In this document: one piece after another, positions 36,346 through 46,548 of the stretch
How positions within the stretch are numbered: position 1 is the stretch's first letter
Layout of the letters: every line of letters starts with the position of its first letter
Assembly: GCA_904419725.1 (NCBI GenBank)
Contig: CAJFSP010000002.1
Coordinates: 1,305-65,304, forward strand
Length of the DNA stretch: 64,000 nt
Direction: 5' to 3'
Source of the DNA: Candidatus Heteroclostridium caecigallinarum
Lineage (GTDB): Bacteria > Bacillota > Clostridia > Christensenellales > CAG-314
Made by a program: the position numbers and the translations under genes
Notes under the pieces: generated by a model
Told to the model about the DNA's origin: nothing
What the model saw: only the letters and a program-made list of their open reading frames with translations
Databases searched by the model: none

Positions 36346-36783
36346 ATGAACCCGCTCCCGCTGTTACTGGGATTTATGCTTATAAAAGGTCTGGGCAAAA
36401 AAGACAAGGATTCGGGCGACGGCGGTCTCGGCAGCCTTCTGGGCAACCCCGACGCAATGGCGATGCTGCCGCACGTTACAAAACTGTTTGACTCCGCCGC
36501 CACGGAACAGGAAAAAAACGACGCCGTGATGGCGCTCATGACAAACCCCGCCGTGTTCGACATCGTCAGCAGATTTGCCGCCAAAAACGACGGCGGCAAA
36601 AGCGGCAAAAACAACAACGACGACGCGCCCGCCGACGAAACCGCAAAAAATGCCGGCGAAGCCGGAAAACGCGAATACTCCGACGAAAGCAAAGAGTTTT
36701 TCCGCCCCGTGGAAAAGGTCGCCGGCGCCGAAATATCAGGCAAACTTTATAAACTTTACGACAACTGGTACGTCAAAAAGTAA
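36346..36783 (+). CDS. Hypothetical protein, 145 aa
   Basis: GGAGG SD. Hydrophobic N-terminus and a low-complexity Lys/Asn/Asp middle region. Confidence 0.4.
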   Translation: MNPLPLLLGFMLIKGLGKKDKDSGDGGLGSLLGNPDAMAMLPHVTKLFDSAATEQEKNDAVMALMTNPAVFDIVSRFAAKNDGGKSGKNNNDDAPADETAKNAGEAGKREYSDESKEFFRPVEKVAGAEISGKLYKLYDNWYVKK

Positions 36784-36794
36784 AACGCGCAAAA

Positions 36795-36830
36795 TAAAAA
36801 GCGGCATAAGCCGCTTTTAATTTTATTTTT
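36795..36830. terminator. Bidirectional terminator
   Basis: AAGCGGC-ATAA-GCCGCTT followed by a T-rich tract. Confidence 0.6.
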
Positions 36831-38311
36831 CAGCCGAGTATTTCCAGCGCCCGCTGAATCATGCCGTCGTACGTTTCAGCCACGTTTTCAGGCTTAGGCT
36901 CAAACCCCGTGCCGTGGTGGCACACATCGTTCACCGGGGTGAAAAACTTGACGTATGTCATATACGCCGCCCAGTAAGAATCGACGATTTCGCCGTTGAT
37001 GTTTGCCTGCGCCGCTTTGAGCGGAATCACGCCCTGCGCGATGCCCTTGCCGTATGTCTTGGTTCCGACGTGCACGGCGGTCTTGTAATCGGTAACGGCG
37101 CCGAGCAGCATTTCGCTGGCGCTCGCCGAGCCGCTGTCCGCCAGCACCACTATTTGCGGCGACGACGAGTTGACGTCGAAATAATCGTCATACACGCTGT
37201 CTGTCGTCTGTCTGGACACCACTTTGTCGTTTTTGTCCTTATTGACGCTTACGACTATTCCGTCGCCCGACGCGTTGCCGTCGTCCCATACCAGATAAGA
37301 CGCTATTTTCGCCGCCACGTCGCTTTTGCCGCCGCCGTTGCCGCACAGGTCGAAAATGAGTTTGGTTTTTCCGCTTGATTTGAAGAGCGCCATGGCGCTT
37401 TCCATTTCGGCGACAGATTCGTCATACATAAACGTCGTCAGCCTGATGTATCCCACGTCGGACGGCAGGCTTTCGGCGTTTATTCTTTGGCTATACGCCG
37501 CCGACATATTAGTGGCCGAAGCCCCGAAATAATATTCTATCGTGGCGGAGTCATATGACGAACTTGCCACAACACCGTTTATACTGACTGTTTCGTCGCC
37601 TCGCTGCAAAACGAAATCAATCCTCTGCGAATGAATATACTTTTTGAAGGTTTCAAGGTCGGTTTTCGGGGTAACTTCAAGCGCCGTGCCGTCGGCTATG
37701 CCTTCCGAGTTGCCGTAAACCGTCATTTTCCTGACTATGTCCCCGGTAAACAGCCCCGCCTCATATCCCGGGCTGCCGATGCCCACTTCGTAAACGACGT
37801 ATTCGCCGTCGGCGTCCACCGTGTAACTGACGCCGTTGCTGGCGCCGACAGGCGTACTCTCGCCGTACATCAGCGTGTAAAACTCTTCGGGCGTGAGCAG
37901 CGTCGAATACTGGTCGATACTGCTTAAAATCGCCTTGGCAGCCTGATAGGCGTAATCTCTTTCATACTTGTCGTCGCTTTCGTCCCAGATATACGCCTGC
38001 TCGTTGACAAGGTTAAGCACGTCGTTTATAAATTTCAGGTCTGGATTGGCGAGCAGAAAGGTGAAGTATCCCATAAAGAACACCACCACCAGCGCTACGG
38101 CGCAAAGCGTAACGATTAACGCCGTTTTTCCCTTGCTGCGCCTTGAAACAAACTGCTGCTGCCCGCTGTATTCGGGTATGCCGTAATACATACTCCGCCG
38201 CTTTTCTTCCTCGGCGGCCGAGGCCTTTTGCCGTTCTTCCGCCTGCCGCCGCTCTTCCTGCTGTTTATTGAACTCGTCGTCGAAAAAATCGTTCAGATTC
38301 TTGTCAGCCAT
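36830..38311 (-). CDS. S41 family C-terminal processing peptidase, membrane-anchored, 493 aa
   Basis: ATG at 38311 after GAGGTG; the track start at 38317 is a GTG inside the SD. It has an N-terminal TM helix, the catalytic Ser motif GSASASE and the Lys motif TYGKG. Confidence 0.8.
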   Translation of the reverse strand: MADKNLNDFFDDEFNKQQEERRQAEERQKASAAEEEKRRSMYYGIPEYSGQQQFVSRRSKGKTALIVTLCAVALVVVFFMGYFTFLLANPDLKFINDVLNLVNEQAYIWDESDDKYERDYAYQAAKAILSSIDQYSTLLTPEEFYTLMYGESTPVGASNGVSYTVDADGEYVVYEVGIGSPGYEAGLFTGDIVRKMTVYGNSEGIADGTALEVTPKTDLETFKKYIHSQRIDFVLQRGDETVSINGVVASSSYDSATIEYYFGASATNMSAAYSQRINAESLPSDVGYIRLTTFMYDESVAEMESAMALFKSSGKTKLIFDLCGNGGGKSDVAAKIASYLVWDDGNASGDGIVVSVNKDKNDKVVSRQTTDSVYDDYFDVNSSSPQIVVLADSGSASASEMLLGAVTDYKTAVHVGTKTYGKGIAQGVIPLKAAQANINGEIVDSYWAAYMTYVKFFTPVNDVCHHGTGFEPKPENVAETYDGMIQRALEILG

Positions 38312-38336
38312 TTTCACCTCGCTGTTAAAATATCGG

Positions 38337-39521
38337 TCATCTCACGACGTTTTCTTCCACGGCTTTATCCTGCACCGCTCCGGCGACCACCGCCGCCACG
38401 CGCTTGTCGAAAGGACTCGGTATGACGTTGTCGGCCGAAAGTTCTTCCTCCGAAATCAGCGAAGCGATGGCTTCCGCCGCGGCGAGTTTCATGCCCTCGG
38501 TAATCTTTTTGGCTTTGGAGTCAAACGCCCCGCGGAACACCCCCGGAAAAGCCAGCACGTTGTTGATCTGGTTAGGGAAATCGCTCCTGCCCGTGCCGAC
38601 CACGGCGGCGCCCGCCGCTTTCGCGACGTCGGGCATGATTTCCGGTTTAGGGTTAGCCATGGCGAAAATAATGCCGTTGTTCATCGACGACACCATTTCA
38701 GGCGTTACGCAGCCCGCCACCGAAACGCCGACAAACAGATCCGCGCCTTTGAGCGCGTCGGCAAGCGTGCCGCTTCTGCCGCCGCTGCCCGTCTTTTTGA
38801 CAAGTTCCCTGTGGTGCGGCAACACGGCGTTTTTGTCGTTGAGAATACCGTCCCTGTCGCAGCAAATCATCTTTTTCACGCCGTAAGTCATAAGCAGATT
38901 GGCTATGCTGGTGCCCGCGGCGCCCATACCGTTGATGACGCATGTTATTTCGTCCGCCTTTTTGCCCACAACTTTAAGGCTGTTGATAACGGCGGCGAGC
39001 ACCACAATCGCGGTGCCGTGCTGGTCGTCGTGCATGACGGGTATGTCAAGTTCCTCTTTAAGCCTGCGCTCGATTTCGAAACATCTCGGCGCCGAGATAT
39101 CTTCCAGATTTATTCCGCCGAAAGACGGCGCGATGTTTTTTACCGTCCTGACGACTTCGTCGACGTCCTGCGTATCCAGCACGACAGGCACGGCGTCCAC
39201 CCCGGCGAATTCCTTGAAAAGAATACACTTGCCTTCCATGACCGGCATTGCCGCGAGAGCGCCTATATTGCCCAGCCCCAGCACGGCGCTGCCGTCCGAC
39301 ACCACCGCTACCAGGTTGTGTTTGAGAGTGTACTTATACGCGTTTTCGGCGTCCTTTTTGATTTCAAGGCACGGCTGCGCCACGCCCGGCGTGTAAGCCA
39401 CGCTCAGGTCGTCGGCGTTTTCCACCTTGGTTTTGCTTTTTACTTCCCACTTGCCGCCCCATCGCTCATGGCATTGCAGGGCTTTTTCATAAACGTCCAT
39501 ACATTTCTCCGAGATAACCAT
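38337..39521 (-). CDS. NAD(P)-dependent malic enzyme, 394 aa
   Basis: AYTPGVA and the dinucleotide fold NGMGAAG. An alternative start at 39500 (MDVYEK) has a better SD (GGAGA). Confidence 0.85.
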   Translation of the reverse strand: MVISEKCMDVYEKALQCHERWGGKWEVKSKTKVENADDLSVAYTPGVAQPCLEIKKDAENAYKYTLKHNLVAVVSDGSAVLGLGNIGALAAMPVMEGKCILFKEFAGVDAVPVVLDTQDVDEVVRTVKNIAPSFGGINLEDISAPRCFEIERRLKEELDIPVMHDDQHGTAIVVLAAVINSLKVVGKKADEITCVINGMGAAGTSIANLLMTYGVKKMICCDRDGILNDKNAVLPHHRELVKKTGSGGRSGTLADALKGADLFVGVSVAGCVTPEMVSSMNNGIIFAMANPKPEIMPDVAKAAGAAVVGTGRSDFPNQINNVLAFPGVFRGAFDSKAKKITEGMKLAAAEAIASLISEEELSADNVIPSPFDKRVAAVVAGAVQDKAVEENVVR

Positions 39522-39526
39522 ATAAT

Positions 39527-40207
39527 TTATTCATCCGCGGTTTCGAACTTGTCAAAACAACGGGTTTGTTCGATATATTCCTTCGCCGAAGCGAAACCGC
39601 CCTCGAAAACCGTTTTGCCCCGGGCAATCACATATACCCTGTCGCAGCCGTCAAGCGAGGCAATGTCGGAAGACAGCCTCAGCGACGCCGAAAAATCCAG
39701 CAGAGCCAGCCGCTCGGCGCCGACGGAAACGCCGTCCAGCGCGAGCAGCGAAAGTTTCCTGACCGACAGCCTCGCCAAAGCGACGGACAGCCTGTCTTGG
39801 GCGGAAAGTTTTTTCGCCTTTGTATATAATACAGTTTCCAGCCCGAATTTTTTTGCGGCTTCCAGCGCTTTTTCCCGGTAATCGGGCAGTTTTCTGACTT
39901 TCATCGGAAACTCTATGTTTTTAAGCGCGGTTTTGCCCGGCATAAGAGCGCAGTCGTCAAACACAACGCCCAGCCCCATGTCTTTCGTAGGCGTTTCTTT
40001 CAGACCGGAGCCGCGAAAAATAATTTCGCCGCCGGTGGGTTTGGTCAGCCCCGCCAGCATTTTGACTATCGTGGTCTTGCCGCACTGCACGTCGCAGGCT
40101 ATGCCGACGTTTTCGCCTTCTTCCACCCTGAAAGACACGTCTTCCAGCAAAAACGATTTTTCATAAGGGTATTTTTTCGACACCCCGTCAAAACGCAACA
40201 GGCACAT
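39527..40207 (-). CDS. Orphan ABC-type ATPase-like protein with degenerate catalytic motifs, 226 aa
   Basis: Walker A CDVQCGKTT, Q-loop Q replaced by D, signature LSAQD instead of LSGGQ, Walker B LLALDG without the catalytic Glu. No permease gene is adjacent. Confidence 0.6.
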   Translation of the reverse strand: MCLLRFDGVSKKYPYEKSFLLEDVSFRVEEGENVGIACDVQCGKTTIVKMLAGLTKPTGGEIIFRGSGLKETPTKDMGLGVVFDDCALMPGKTALKNIEFPMKVRKLPDYREKALEAAKKFGLETVLYTKAKKLSAQDRLSVALARLSVRKLSLLALDGVSVGAERLALLDFSASLRLSSDIASLDGCDRVYVIARGKTVFEGGFASAKEYIEQTRCFDKFETADE

Positions 40208-40208
40208 G

Positions 40209-40793
40209 TCAGTCGAGTTCGTCCAGCGTGAGCGTGTACGGCTTGATAAAATTGTTCATGAAATACCGCACTTCTTCGCTGCTGATGAAGTTGAGTTCTT
40301 TTTCTATGGAGTTTTTCGCCTTTTTGAATTCGTTGTTTGACGATTTCAGTTCCGTAAGGCATTTGATATACGCGCTGAGTTTGTCGGCGTATTTCACCAG
40401 CCTGCTTTCCGGCGAGTCCTTGTCGGGTCTGAGCATTGCCTCATACGAAAGGCGCATTTCTTTCGGCAGCATGCCAAGCAGTTTGTCGGTGGCGACTTCT
40501 TCCACCGCCTTATAGGCGTCCCTTATTTCGGGGTTATAATATTTGACGGGCGTGGGCAAATCGCCTGTGATGACTTCGCCCGTATCGTGAAACAGCGCCA
40601 GCGCCGCCACGCTCTTTTCGTCGTAATTTTTTCCGAAATACGTGTTGCCTATAACCGCCAGCGCGTGCGCTATAATCGCCACCTGGGCGGAGTGCTCCAT
40701 CAGGTTTTCCCTTTCGGTGGAACGCATAAGCGACCAGCGGTTGATGTATTTCATTCTGTCAATATAAGCGAAAAAACTATACATAAAAAACAT
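40209..40793 (-). CDS. yfbR: HD-domain 5'-deoxynucleotidase (YfbR-like)
   Basis: RWSLMRS..ENLMEHS and FHDTGEVITGDLPTPVK. Confidence 0.75.
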   Translation of the reverse strand: MFFMYSFFAYIDRMKYINRWSLMRSTERENLMEHSAQVAIIAHALAVIGNTYFGKNYDEKSVAALALFHDTGEVITGDLPTPVKYYNPEIRDAYKAVEEVATDKLLGMLPKEMRLSYEAMLRPDKDSPESRLVKYADKLSAYIKCLTELKSSNNEFKKAKNSIEKELNFISSEEVRYFMNNFIKPYTLTLDELD

Positions 40794-40882
40794 CCCCTTT
40801 CAATTCGACAGTATAACAAAAAAGTCGGCGTTTTGCAACGGCATAAACAAACGCCGCGCGTTTAATATTATCCCCAAAACGC

Positions 40883-40910
40883 TTGACAGAAACACAAAAA
40901 GGCGTATATC
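40883..40910 (+). promoter_or_regulatory. Candidate promoter of the TPP riboswitch-thiT unit
   Basis: TTGACA, 16 nt spacer, TATATC. Confidence 0.45.
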
Positions 40911-40921
40911 ATAAGGCAAAT

Positions 40922-40996
40922 CAAATACGGGGTGCTGTAAAAAGCTGAGATTATACCCAAGGAACCCGCAAGATAATGTTTGAAGGGGAAATTGTT
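40922..40996 (+). promoter_or_regulatory. TPP (THI-box) riboswitch
   Basis: ACGGGGTGC...GCTGAGA...ACCC...GAACCCGCAAGATAATGTTTGAAGGGGAA matches the THI-box cores. Confidence 0.85.
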
Positions 40997-41003
40997 CGAG
41001 GCA

Positions 41004-41029
41004 CTCCGCGTTTTCGCGGAGATTTTTTA
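41004..41029 (+). terminator. Expression-platform terminator of the TPP riboswitch
   Basis: CTCCGCG-TTTT-CGCGGAG followed by ATTTTTTA. Confidence 0.8.
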
Positions 41030-41054
41030 TTGCCCTCCGAAAGGAGAAAATTTT

Positions 41055-41768
41055 ATGAGTAACTTTTTGTTGTTCGCCGACGCGACGGAAGTCATCAACA
41101 TTCTGACAATCGTCGTTCTGGCGCTGCTCATCGTCATCTGCCTTGTTGTGTGCGTAACCAACAAGAAAAACCCGCAGACCACGAAGAGCATTGTTTACGG
41201 CGGCGCCTGCGTGGCGGCGTCCTTCGCTTTGAGTTTTATCAAGGTTTCCATGACGTACGGCGGAAGCATAACCCTTGCCAGCATGCTGCCTCTTTTCATC
41301 TACTGCTACGTTTTCGGCGTGGGCAAAGGTCTGGTCGTAGGCGTTGTTTACGGTCTGCTGCAATTTATCCAGGGTCCGTACTTCATGACTGTGCCGCAGT
41401 TTTTCCTTGACTACATTTTGCCTTTTGCCGGTATATGCCTCGCGGGCGTGTTCAAAAAAGTCATGCCGGAAAAAGGCGCGATATTCTGCGGAGCCGTTCT
41501 GTTTTCCATACTGCGCCTGGCGTTCCATATCGGCGCCGGCATTATATGGTTCTATCAGCCTGACGGCGTTGTGGGCACGCTCCCTATATTTGGAGATACT
41601 GCGGGTATGAGCGCGTTTGTCTATTCCTTCCTTTACAACGCGATATACATGGTGCCTGAAACAATAATTCTGTTGGCAGTGCTCTGGTATCTTGTCGCCA
41701 GCAAGCAATTCTTCACTCTCGAAAAAATGCTTACCAAGGTCAAAGACGAACCTGCAAAGCAAGACTGA
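41055..41768 (+). CDS. thiT: ECF-type thiamine transporter S component (ThiT-like), 237 aa
   Basis: ATG at 41055 after AAGGAGA. It is a polytopic membrane protein immediately downstream of the TPP riboswitch. Confidence 0.7.
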   Translation: MSNFLLFADATEVINILTIVVLALLIVICLVVCVTNKKNPQTTKSIVYGGACVAASFALSFIKVSMTYGGSITLASMLPLFIYCYVFGVGKGLVVGVVYGLLQFIQGPYFMTVPQFFLDYILPFAGICLAGVFKKVMPEKGAIFCGAVLFSILRLAFHIGAGIIWFYQPDGVVGTLPIFGDTAGMSAFVYSFLYNAIYMVPETIILLAVLWYLVASKQFFTLEKMLTKVKDEPAKQD

Positions 41769-41813
41769 AAAAATTAAATCAAATTAAACAGCAACCCCGC
41801 ATAAAATGCTTGT

Positions 41814-42335
41814 ATGAAAAAGCATGTTAAACGCGGGGTTTTTGTTTTGCTGATTATCGCCGTCGCGGCGGCGTCCTGTCTGATAACTTCCGCCATAAAA
41901 AACGGTTTCGCCGCGAGCGACCCGCAAACGCCGTCGGACGCGCCGGTCACCGCGTTGCAGGTGACGGTAAAAGACCTGCTGGGCAGAGCCGTCGAAGGCG
42001 CCACCGTGACGATTGCCGAAAGCGGCGAGTCTTTCACCACCGACAGCGCCGGCAAAACGCCGGTGATGACGGTGCCCTTTCTGGAAACGCCGCTGACGAA
42101 AACCGTGGACGGCGGGTTTTCTTTCGTGACGGTGGTGGTGACCCGTCAAGGATACGTTGACTATATTCTCTACAACTGCCTGGTCTACCGCGCCCGCACA
42201 AGGAGCGGCCCGTCCATCACGCTGTTCACCGTTACGCAGACGTCGTCGCCATTCGTCAGCACGGTGGAAGTCCCGCCGGAAGACTGGACGAAAGAATTTT
42301 TGCGATATATCAAAGACAGAGAAACCGAGCAATAA
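41814..42335 (+). CDS. Hypothetical anchored/lipoprotein-like protein with a carboxypeptidase-regulatory-like beta domain, 173 aa
   Basis: N-terminal hydrophobic segment with ...AAASC, followed by VTVKDLLGRAVEGATVTI. Confidence 0.45.
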   Translation: MKKHVKRGVFVLLIIAVAAASCLITSAIKNGFAASDPQTPSDAPVTALQVTVKDLLGRAVEGATVTIAESGESFTTDSAGKTPVMTVPFLETPLTKTVDGGFSFVTVVVTRQGYVDYILYNCLVYRARTRSGPSITLFTVTQTSSPFVSTVEVPPEDWTKEFLRYIKDRETEQ

Positions 42336-42365
42336 AAAACCGCCGTAAAGGCGGTTTTGTTTTGT
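42334..42365 (+). terminator. Intrinsic terminator
   Basis: AACCGCC-GTAAA-GGCGGTT followed by TTGTTTTG. Confidence 0.7.
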
Positions 42366-42398
42366 TGACGATATTTATTTCGTTTGTCGGCGCCGCCG

Positions 42399-42926
42399 TC
42401 AGACTTTCGGCACCAGATGCCCTATTTTGCCGTCCGCCCTGCGGTACACCGCTTCGATGTGCCCCGACGCCACGTTAAGGAACAGATAAAAATCGTGGTC
42501 GACGAGTTCCAGCCCGGCGACGGCTTCTTTGAGGTCTTCGGCTTTGACTTCGAATTCTTTGGTTCTGACGATTTCCGGCACGTCGTCGATTTCTTCTTTG
42601 GCGATAAATTCCGGTTCCGCCACAGGCACGACGTCTTTCTGCTTGTCGATAAACTTGTCTCTGTGTTTGATGAGCTGTTTTTCAAGTTTCGGCAAAGCCA
42701 GGTCGACGCAGTCGTAAATATGCTCTCCCCTGACTTCCGCCCTCAAAAGCGTGCCTTGATAGGATATGGAGATTTCCAGCACTTCCTGCTTCTTTTCCCC
42801 CTTCATAACCACCCTGGCGGCGGCCTCGTGAGGGAAATATTTGTCAAGTCTGCCGAGTTTTTTCTCCAAGACTTCCATGAGTTTTTTGCTCGGGGAATAG
42901 TTTTTCGTGACGATGTCTAATTTCAT
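42399..42926 (-). CDS. hpf: Ribosome hibernation promoting factor (long HPF)
   Basis: An N-terminal S30AE domain and a C-terminal dimerisation domain (KEFEVKAEDLKEAVAGLELVDHDFYLF). Confidence 0.85.
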   Translation of the reverse strand: MKLDIVTKNYSPSKKLMEVLEKKLGRLDKYFPHEAAARVVMKGEKKQEVLEISISYQGTLLRAEVRGEHIYDCVDLALPKLEKQLIKHRDKFIDKQKDVVPVAEPEFIAKEEIDDVPEIVRTKEFEVKAEDLKEAVAGLELVDHDFYLFLNVASGHIEAVYRRADGKIGHLVPKV

Positions 42927-42948
42927 TGTGCCACCTCCCTGTAACTAT

Positions 42949-42977
42949 ATTTTAACAAAACGGCGGAGCGATTTCAA
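42949..42977 (-). promoter_or_regulatory. Promoter of hpf
   Basis: TTGAAA, 17 nt spacer, TAAAAT. Confidence 0.55.
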
Positions 42978-43032
42978 TAGTCTTTGGATTTTTGCCGCTA
43001 TTTTTCTTAAACAGGTTTATGCCCCATGCGCG

Positions 43033-43066
43033 CAAAAAAGGACGGGATGGTCCCGTCCTTTTTATT
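43033..43066 (-). terminator. Terminator after clpC (bidirectional hairpin)
   Basis: AGGACGGGA-TGG-TCCCGTCCT flanked by an A-run and a T-run. Confidence 0.75.
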
Positions 43067-43071
43067 TTATA

Positions 43072-45483
43072 TTATTTGTTGGCGAACGTAAGTTCGTTGC
43101 CGTCGAAGTCGACAAGCACCGTCTGGCCGCTGTGTATGGTGTTTTTAAGGATTTCTTCGCTGAGCCTGTCTTCCACCATACGCTGAATGACGCGTTTGAG
43201 CGGACGAGCGCCGTATTCTTTGTCATAGCCTTTTTCGGCGAGATAGTCCAGCGCCTTGTCGCTCACTTCCAGTTTCATGCCGTTTTCCGCCAGACGTTTC
43301 GCCAGGCTGTCGGTAAGGATTTTGGCGATTTGTCTGGTTTCCTGCTGAGTCAGCTGGTGGAATATGATGATGTCGTCGATACGGTTGAGAAATTCCGGTT
43401 TGAAACTCTCTTTGAGCGAATCCATCAGCTGTTCTTTCATGTCCTCGTACGCCTTGTCGTCCTCGTCGTTGAAACCGAGTTTGCGCATTTTGTTTATCTG
43501 GCTGACGCCGTTGTTGCTTGTCATGATGATTATGGTGTTTTTGAAGTCAACCACCCTGCCCTTGCTGTCGGTAAGCCTGCCGTCGTCGAGAATCTGCAAC
43601 AGAATGTTGAACACGTCCGGGTGAGCCTTTTCGATTTCGTCGAACAGTATCACCGAGTAAGGTTTTCTGCGCACTTTTTCGGTAAGCTGACCGCCGTTGT
43701 CGTCAAAACCGACGTATCCCGGAGGCGCGCCTATGATTTTTGAAGTGGAATGCTTTTCCATATACTCGCTCATATCCAGCCTGATGAGCAGGTTTTCGTC
43801 GCCGAACACGGCTTCCGCCAGCGCCTTTGACAGTTCCGTCTTGCCGACGCCCGTCGGACCCAGGAAGATAAACGAGCCTATCGGGCGTTTAGGGTCTTTG
43901 AGCCCCGCCCTTGCCCTTCTTATGGCTTTTGCCACGGCTCTCACCGCCTCGTCCTGACCGACCACTCTCTTGTGCAGCACTTCTTCGAGATGCATGAGCC
44001 TGTCGCTTTCGGTTTCGTTGATACGCTCCACCGGAATGGACGTCCATTTTGAAACGATTTTGGCGATTTCGGCTTCGCCTATGCTCGGCTGGCACTGTTT
44101 GATTTTGTCGGCGTGCGCCTGTTTTTCCCTTTCGATTTCGGCTTTCAGACTGTCAACTTTGTTTTTGAGTTCCTGCGCCTTGTCGAATATCTGCCTGCTG
44201 GCGTATTGGTTCATTTCGAAATTGAGCCTTTCGAGTTCGTTTTCCTTGTGCTTCACGTCCTCAGGCAAAATGTAGCTGTCGAGTTTAGCCCTGCTGGCGG
44301 CCTCGTCGATAAGGTCGATGGCCTTGTCAGGCAAAAACCTGTCGGAAATATATCTGTCGCTGAGTTTCGCCGCCGCCTCGATGGCTTCGTCGGTGATTTT
44401 CACCTTGTGGTGCTGTTCGTATTTGTCGCGCAGCCCTTTGAGTATGAGAATGGTGTCTTCAACGCTCGGCTGGTTGACTATGATAGGCTGAAATCTTCTT
44501 TCCAGGGCGCTGTCCTTTTCGATATACTTGCGGTATTCCTCAATGGTCGTGGCGCCTATGGTCTGCATTTCGCCTCTCGCGAGCAGCGGTTTGAGAATGT
44601 CGGCGGCGTCCATTTTGCCTTCGCCGGTGCTGCCGGCGCCCACCAGGTTGTGGATTTCGTCGATGAATATGATTATATTGCCGTTTTTGGTGACGAAGTC
44701 GATGGCGTCTTTCAGCCTTTCCTCAAAGTCGCCCCTGTATTTTGTGCCGGCGAGCAGTCCCGCCAGGTCAAGCGAAAACACGATTTTGCCTTTCAGAAGT
44801 TCAGGCACGTCGTTGTTGACGATTTTCTGCGCCAGACCTTCCACCACGGCGGATTTGCCGACGCCCGGTTCGCCGATAAGTATCGGGTTGTTTTTGGTTC
44901 TTCTGCTGAGAATCTGAATGACCCTTTCTATTTCCTCACTTCTGCCGATAACAGGGTCGAGTTTGCCTTCCTTTGCTTTCTGCGTCAAATCGACGCCGAA
45001 TTTGGCGAGTTCGCCCAGCCGTTCTTCGGGGTTATCCGCCTGCGCTTTGCCGCCCTCGGCGCGCGGAGCCGCCTGTACGCCCAGCACCGAGCCGACGGTC
45101 TTTTGCAGCGCCGCCACGTCCACGCCCATCTGTTTGAGTTTGCGCACGGCGTAACTGTCTTCGTCCAGCAATATGGCAAACAGCAGATGCACCGTGTCGA
45201 CATAATAACTGTCGGTCATGGCGGCCAGCCTTTCGGCGACCTGCTCCATGTTTCTCACCCTGGCGGATATTTCCAGCTGGTAGCCGCCCTGGTTGTCGCT
45301 CCCTATGCGGAAGTTGTCTTTCGTCACGCCGAACGAAGCCAGGATTTCTCCCGCCTTACCCTCGGAGTACATAAGACCAAGCAGCACGTGCTCTGTTCCA
45401 AGCACGCTGTTTCTGGTGCGCGAGGCGATATCCTGCGCCACCCTTATAGCCTGCAACGCGTTTTGTGTAAATCTTTCAAACAT
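43072..45483 (-). CDS. clpC: ATP-dependent Clp protease ATP-binding subunit ClpC, 803 aa
   Basis: ATG at 45483 after GGAGGT (the track start is a GTG within the SD). It has a Clp N-domain repeat, two AAA+ P-loops ([16 protein letters not shown]) and a UVR-like middle domain. Confidence 0.92.
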   Translation of the reverse strand: MFERFTQNALQAIRVAQDIASRTRNSVLGTEHVLLGLMYSEGKAGEILASFGVTKDNFRIGSDNQGGYQLEISARVRNMEQVAERLAAMTDSYYVDTVHLLFAILLDEDSYAVRKLKQMGVDVAALQKTVGSVLGVQAAPRAEGGKAQADNPEERLGELAKFGVDLTQKAKEGKLDPVIGRSEEIERVIQILSRRTKNNPILIGEPGVGKSAVVEGLAQKIVNNDVPELLKGKIVFSLDLAGLLAGTKYRGDFEERLKDAIDFVTKNGNIIIFIDEIHNLVGAGSTGEGKMDAADILKPLLARGEMQTIGATTIEEYRKYIEKDSALERRFQPIIVNQPSVEDTILILKGLRDKYEQHHKVKITDEAIEAAAKLSDRYISDRFLPDKAIDLIDEAASRAKLDSYILPEDVKHKENELERLNFEMNQYASRQIFDKAQELKNKVDSLKAEIEREKQAHADKIKQCQPSIGEAEIAKIVSKWTSIPVERINETESDRLMHLEEVLHKRVVGQDEAVRAVAKAIRRARAGLKDPKRPIGSFIFLGPTGVGKTELSKALAEAVFGDENLLIRLDMSEYMEKHSTSKIIGAPPGYVGFDDNGGQLTEKVRRKPYSVILFDEIEKAHPDVFNILLQILDDGRLTDSKGRVVDFKNTIIIMTSNNGVSQINKMRKLGFNDEDDKAYEDMKEQLMDSLKESFKPEFLNRIDDIIIFHQLTQQETRQIAKILTDSLAKRLAENGMKLEVSDKALDYLAEKGYDKEYGARPLKRVIQRMVEDRLSEEILKNTIHSGQTVLVDFDGNELTFANK

Positions 45484-45546
45484 AATAAACACCTCCTTTT
45501 TACGTCAAATACGTCATGAATTTTATATATGAACCGGCTTTCGCCG

Positions 45547-46548
45547 TCAGTTTAGTATTTCGGCGAGATTTTTCGCCGTGTATTCCGCGCGGAAAATTTC
45601 CCGCTCGGTTTCGGTCATCGCCGCGCCCCTTTTCAATGTCAGGTTGGCGGGCAGCACGTCGGTCAGAAAAGAATTGAGCCTTCCGACGTCGCGGCATTTT
45701 ATAAGCCCCAGCGCCACGCCCGTTTTGACGTCGGCAAATCTTTCGAAAAACTCGCCAAGCGGCAGCACATAAGCGTTTTGCAGAATGCCCTTCGCCCTCA
45801 TAATCCTGTCGGTGAGCGCTATTTTGTTGCCCTGATACAGCGCCTGACGCTCTTCCGCCTCGAATTCGCACAATCTGACGGCGGCGGTGTTCACACTGCG
45901 CAGAATTTCCTCTTCGCCGTATCCAAGCGAGATTTTGTTGGAAATCTGATACAGATAACCGCTGTTTTCGCTGCCCTCGCCGTAAATGCCGCGCACCGTC
46001 ATTTTTTTAGCGGTAAGCGCCTTGACTAGCGACGGCATTTTGCCCGAACGGGTCAGGGCCGGCAGAAACATCATTACAGACGCCCTCATGCCTGTGCCCA
46101 CGTTTGTCGGGCAACTGGTCAGAAACCCAAGCGCGTCGTCGTAAGCAAGGCTGACGCCGGAAATTATTCTGTCGTCCACGCGTCTGACCCGCTCATACGC
46201 CCCGCTTATGTCAAACCCCTTTACAATGCTCTGTTCCCTGATATGGTCTTCCTCGTTGAGCATAACCGCCACGCTTTCGTCGGCGTTTATCATAACGGCG
46301 CCGCATCTGCTGTTTTTTGTCAGGTCGGGACTGATGAGATGTCTTTCAACCAGCGCTTTTTTGCGCAAGTCGTCCAGTCTTGACATGAGATACAGGCTGA
46401 ACCTGTCCGTGTTTTTAAGCAGGTCGCTGACCTTTTTCATAAAGCCGAACGCCGCTTCGCTTTCAAGTTTGTGCGGAAAAGGCAGTCCCGCCACGTTGCG
46501 GGCAAGCCTGACTCTGGAAGAAAGCACGGTATTGTCGATATCTCTCAT
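45547..46548 (-). CDS. mcsB: Protein arginine kinase McsB
   Basis: Guanidino kinase fold (SSRVRLARN, NEEDH, CPTNVGTGMRAS). Confidence 0.9.
   Translation of the reverse strand: MRDIDNTVLSSRVRLARNVAGLPFPHKLESEAAFGFMKKVSDLLKNTDRFSLYLMSRLDDLRKKALVERHLISPDLTKNSRCGAVMINADESVAVMLNEEDHIREQSIVKGFDISGAYERVRRVDDRIISGVSLAYDDALGFLTSCPTNVGTGMRASVMMFLPALTRSGKMPSLVKALTAKKMTVRGIYGEGSENSGYLYQISNKISLGYGEEEILRSVNTAAVRLCEFEAEERQALYQGNKIALTDRIMRAKGILQNAYVLPLGEFFERFADVKTGVALGLIKCRDVGRLNSFLTDVLPANLTLKRGAAMTETEREIFRAEYTAKNLAEILN

Noticed and set aside
40800-41762. A 320-aa minus-strand ORF covering thiT and its riboswitch.
   Set aside because: It is antisense to a membrane-protein gene that is preceded by a TPP riboswitch, a terminator and an SD. 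It has no SD or motif and an atypical composition.
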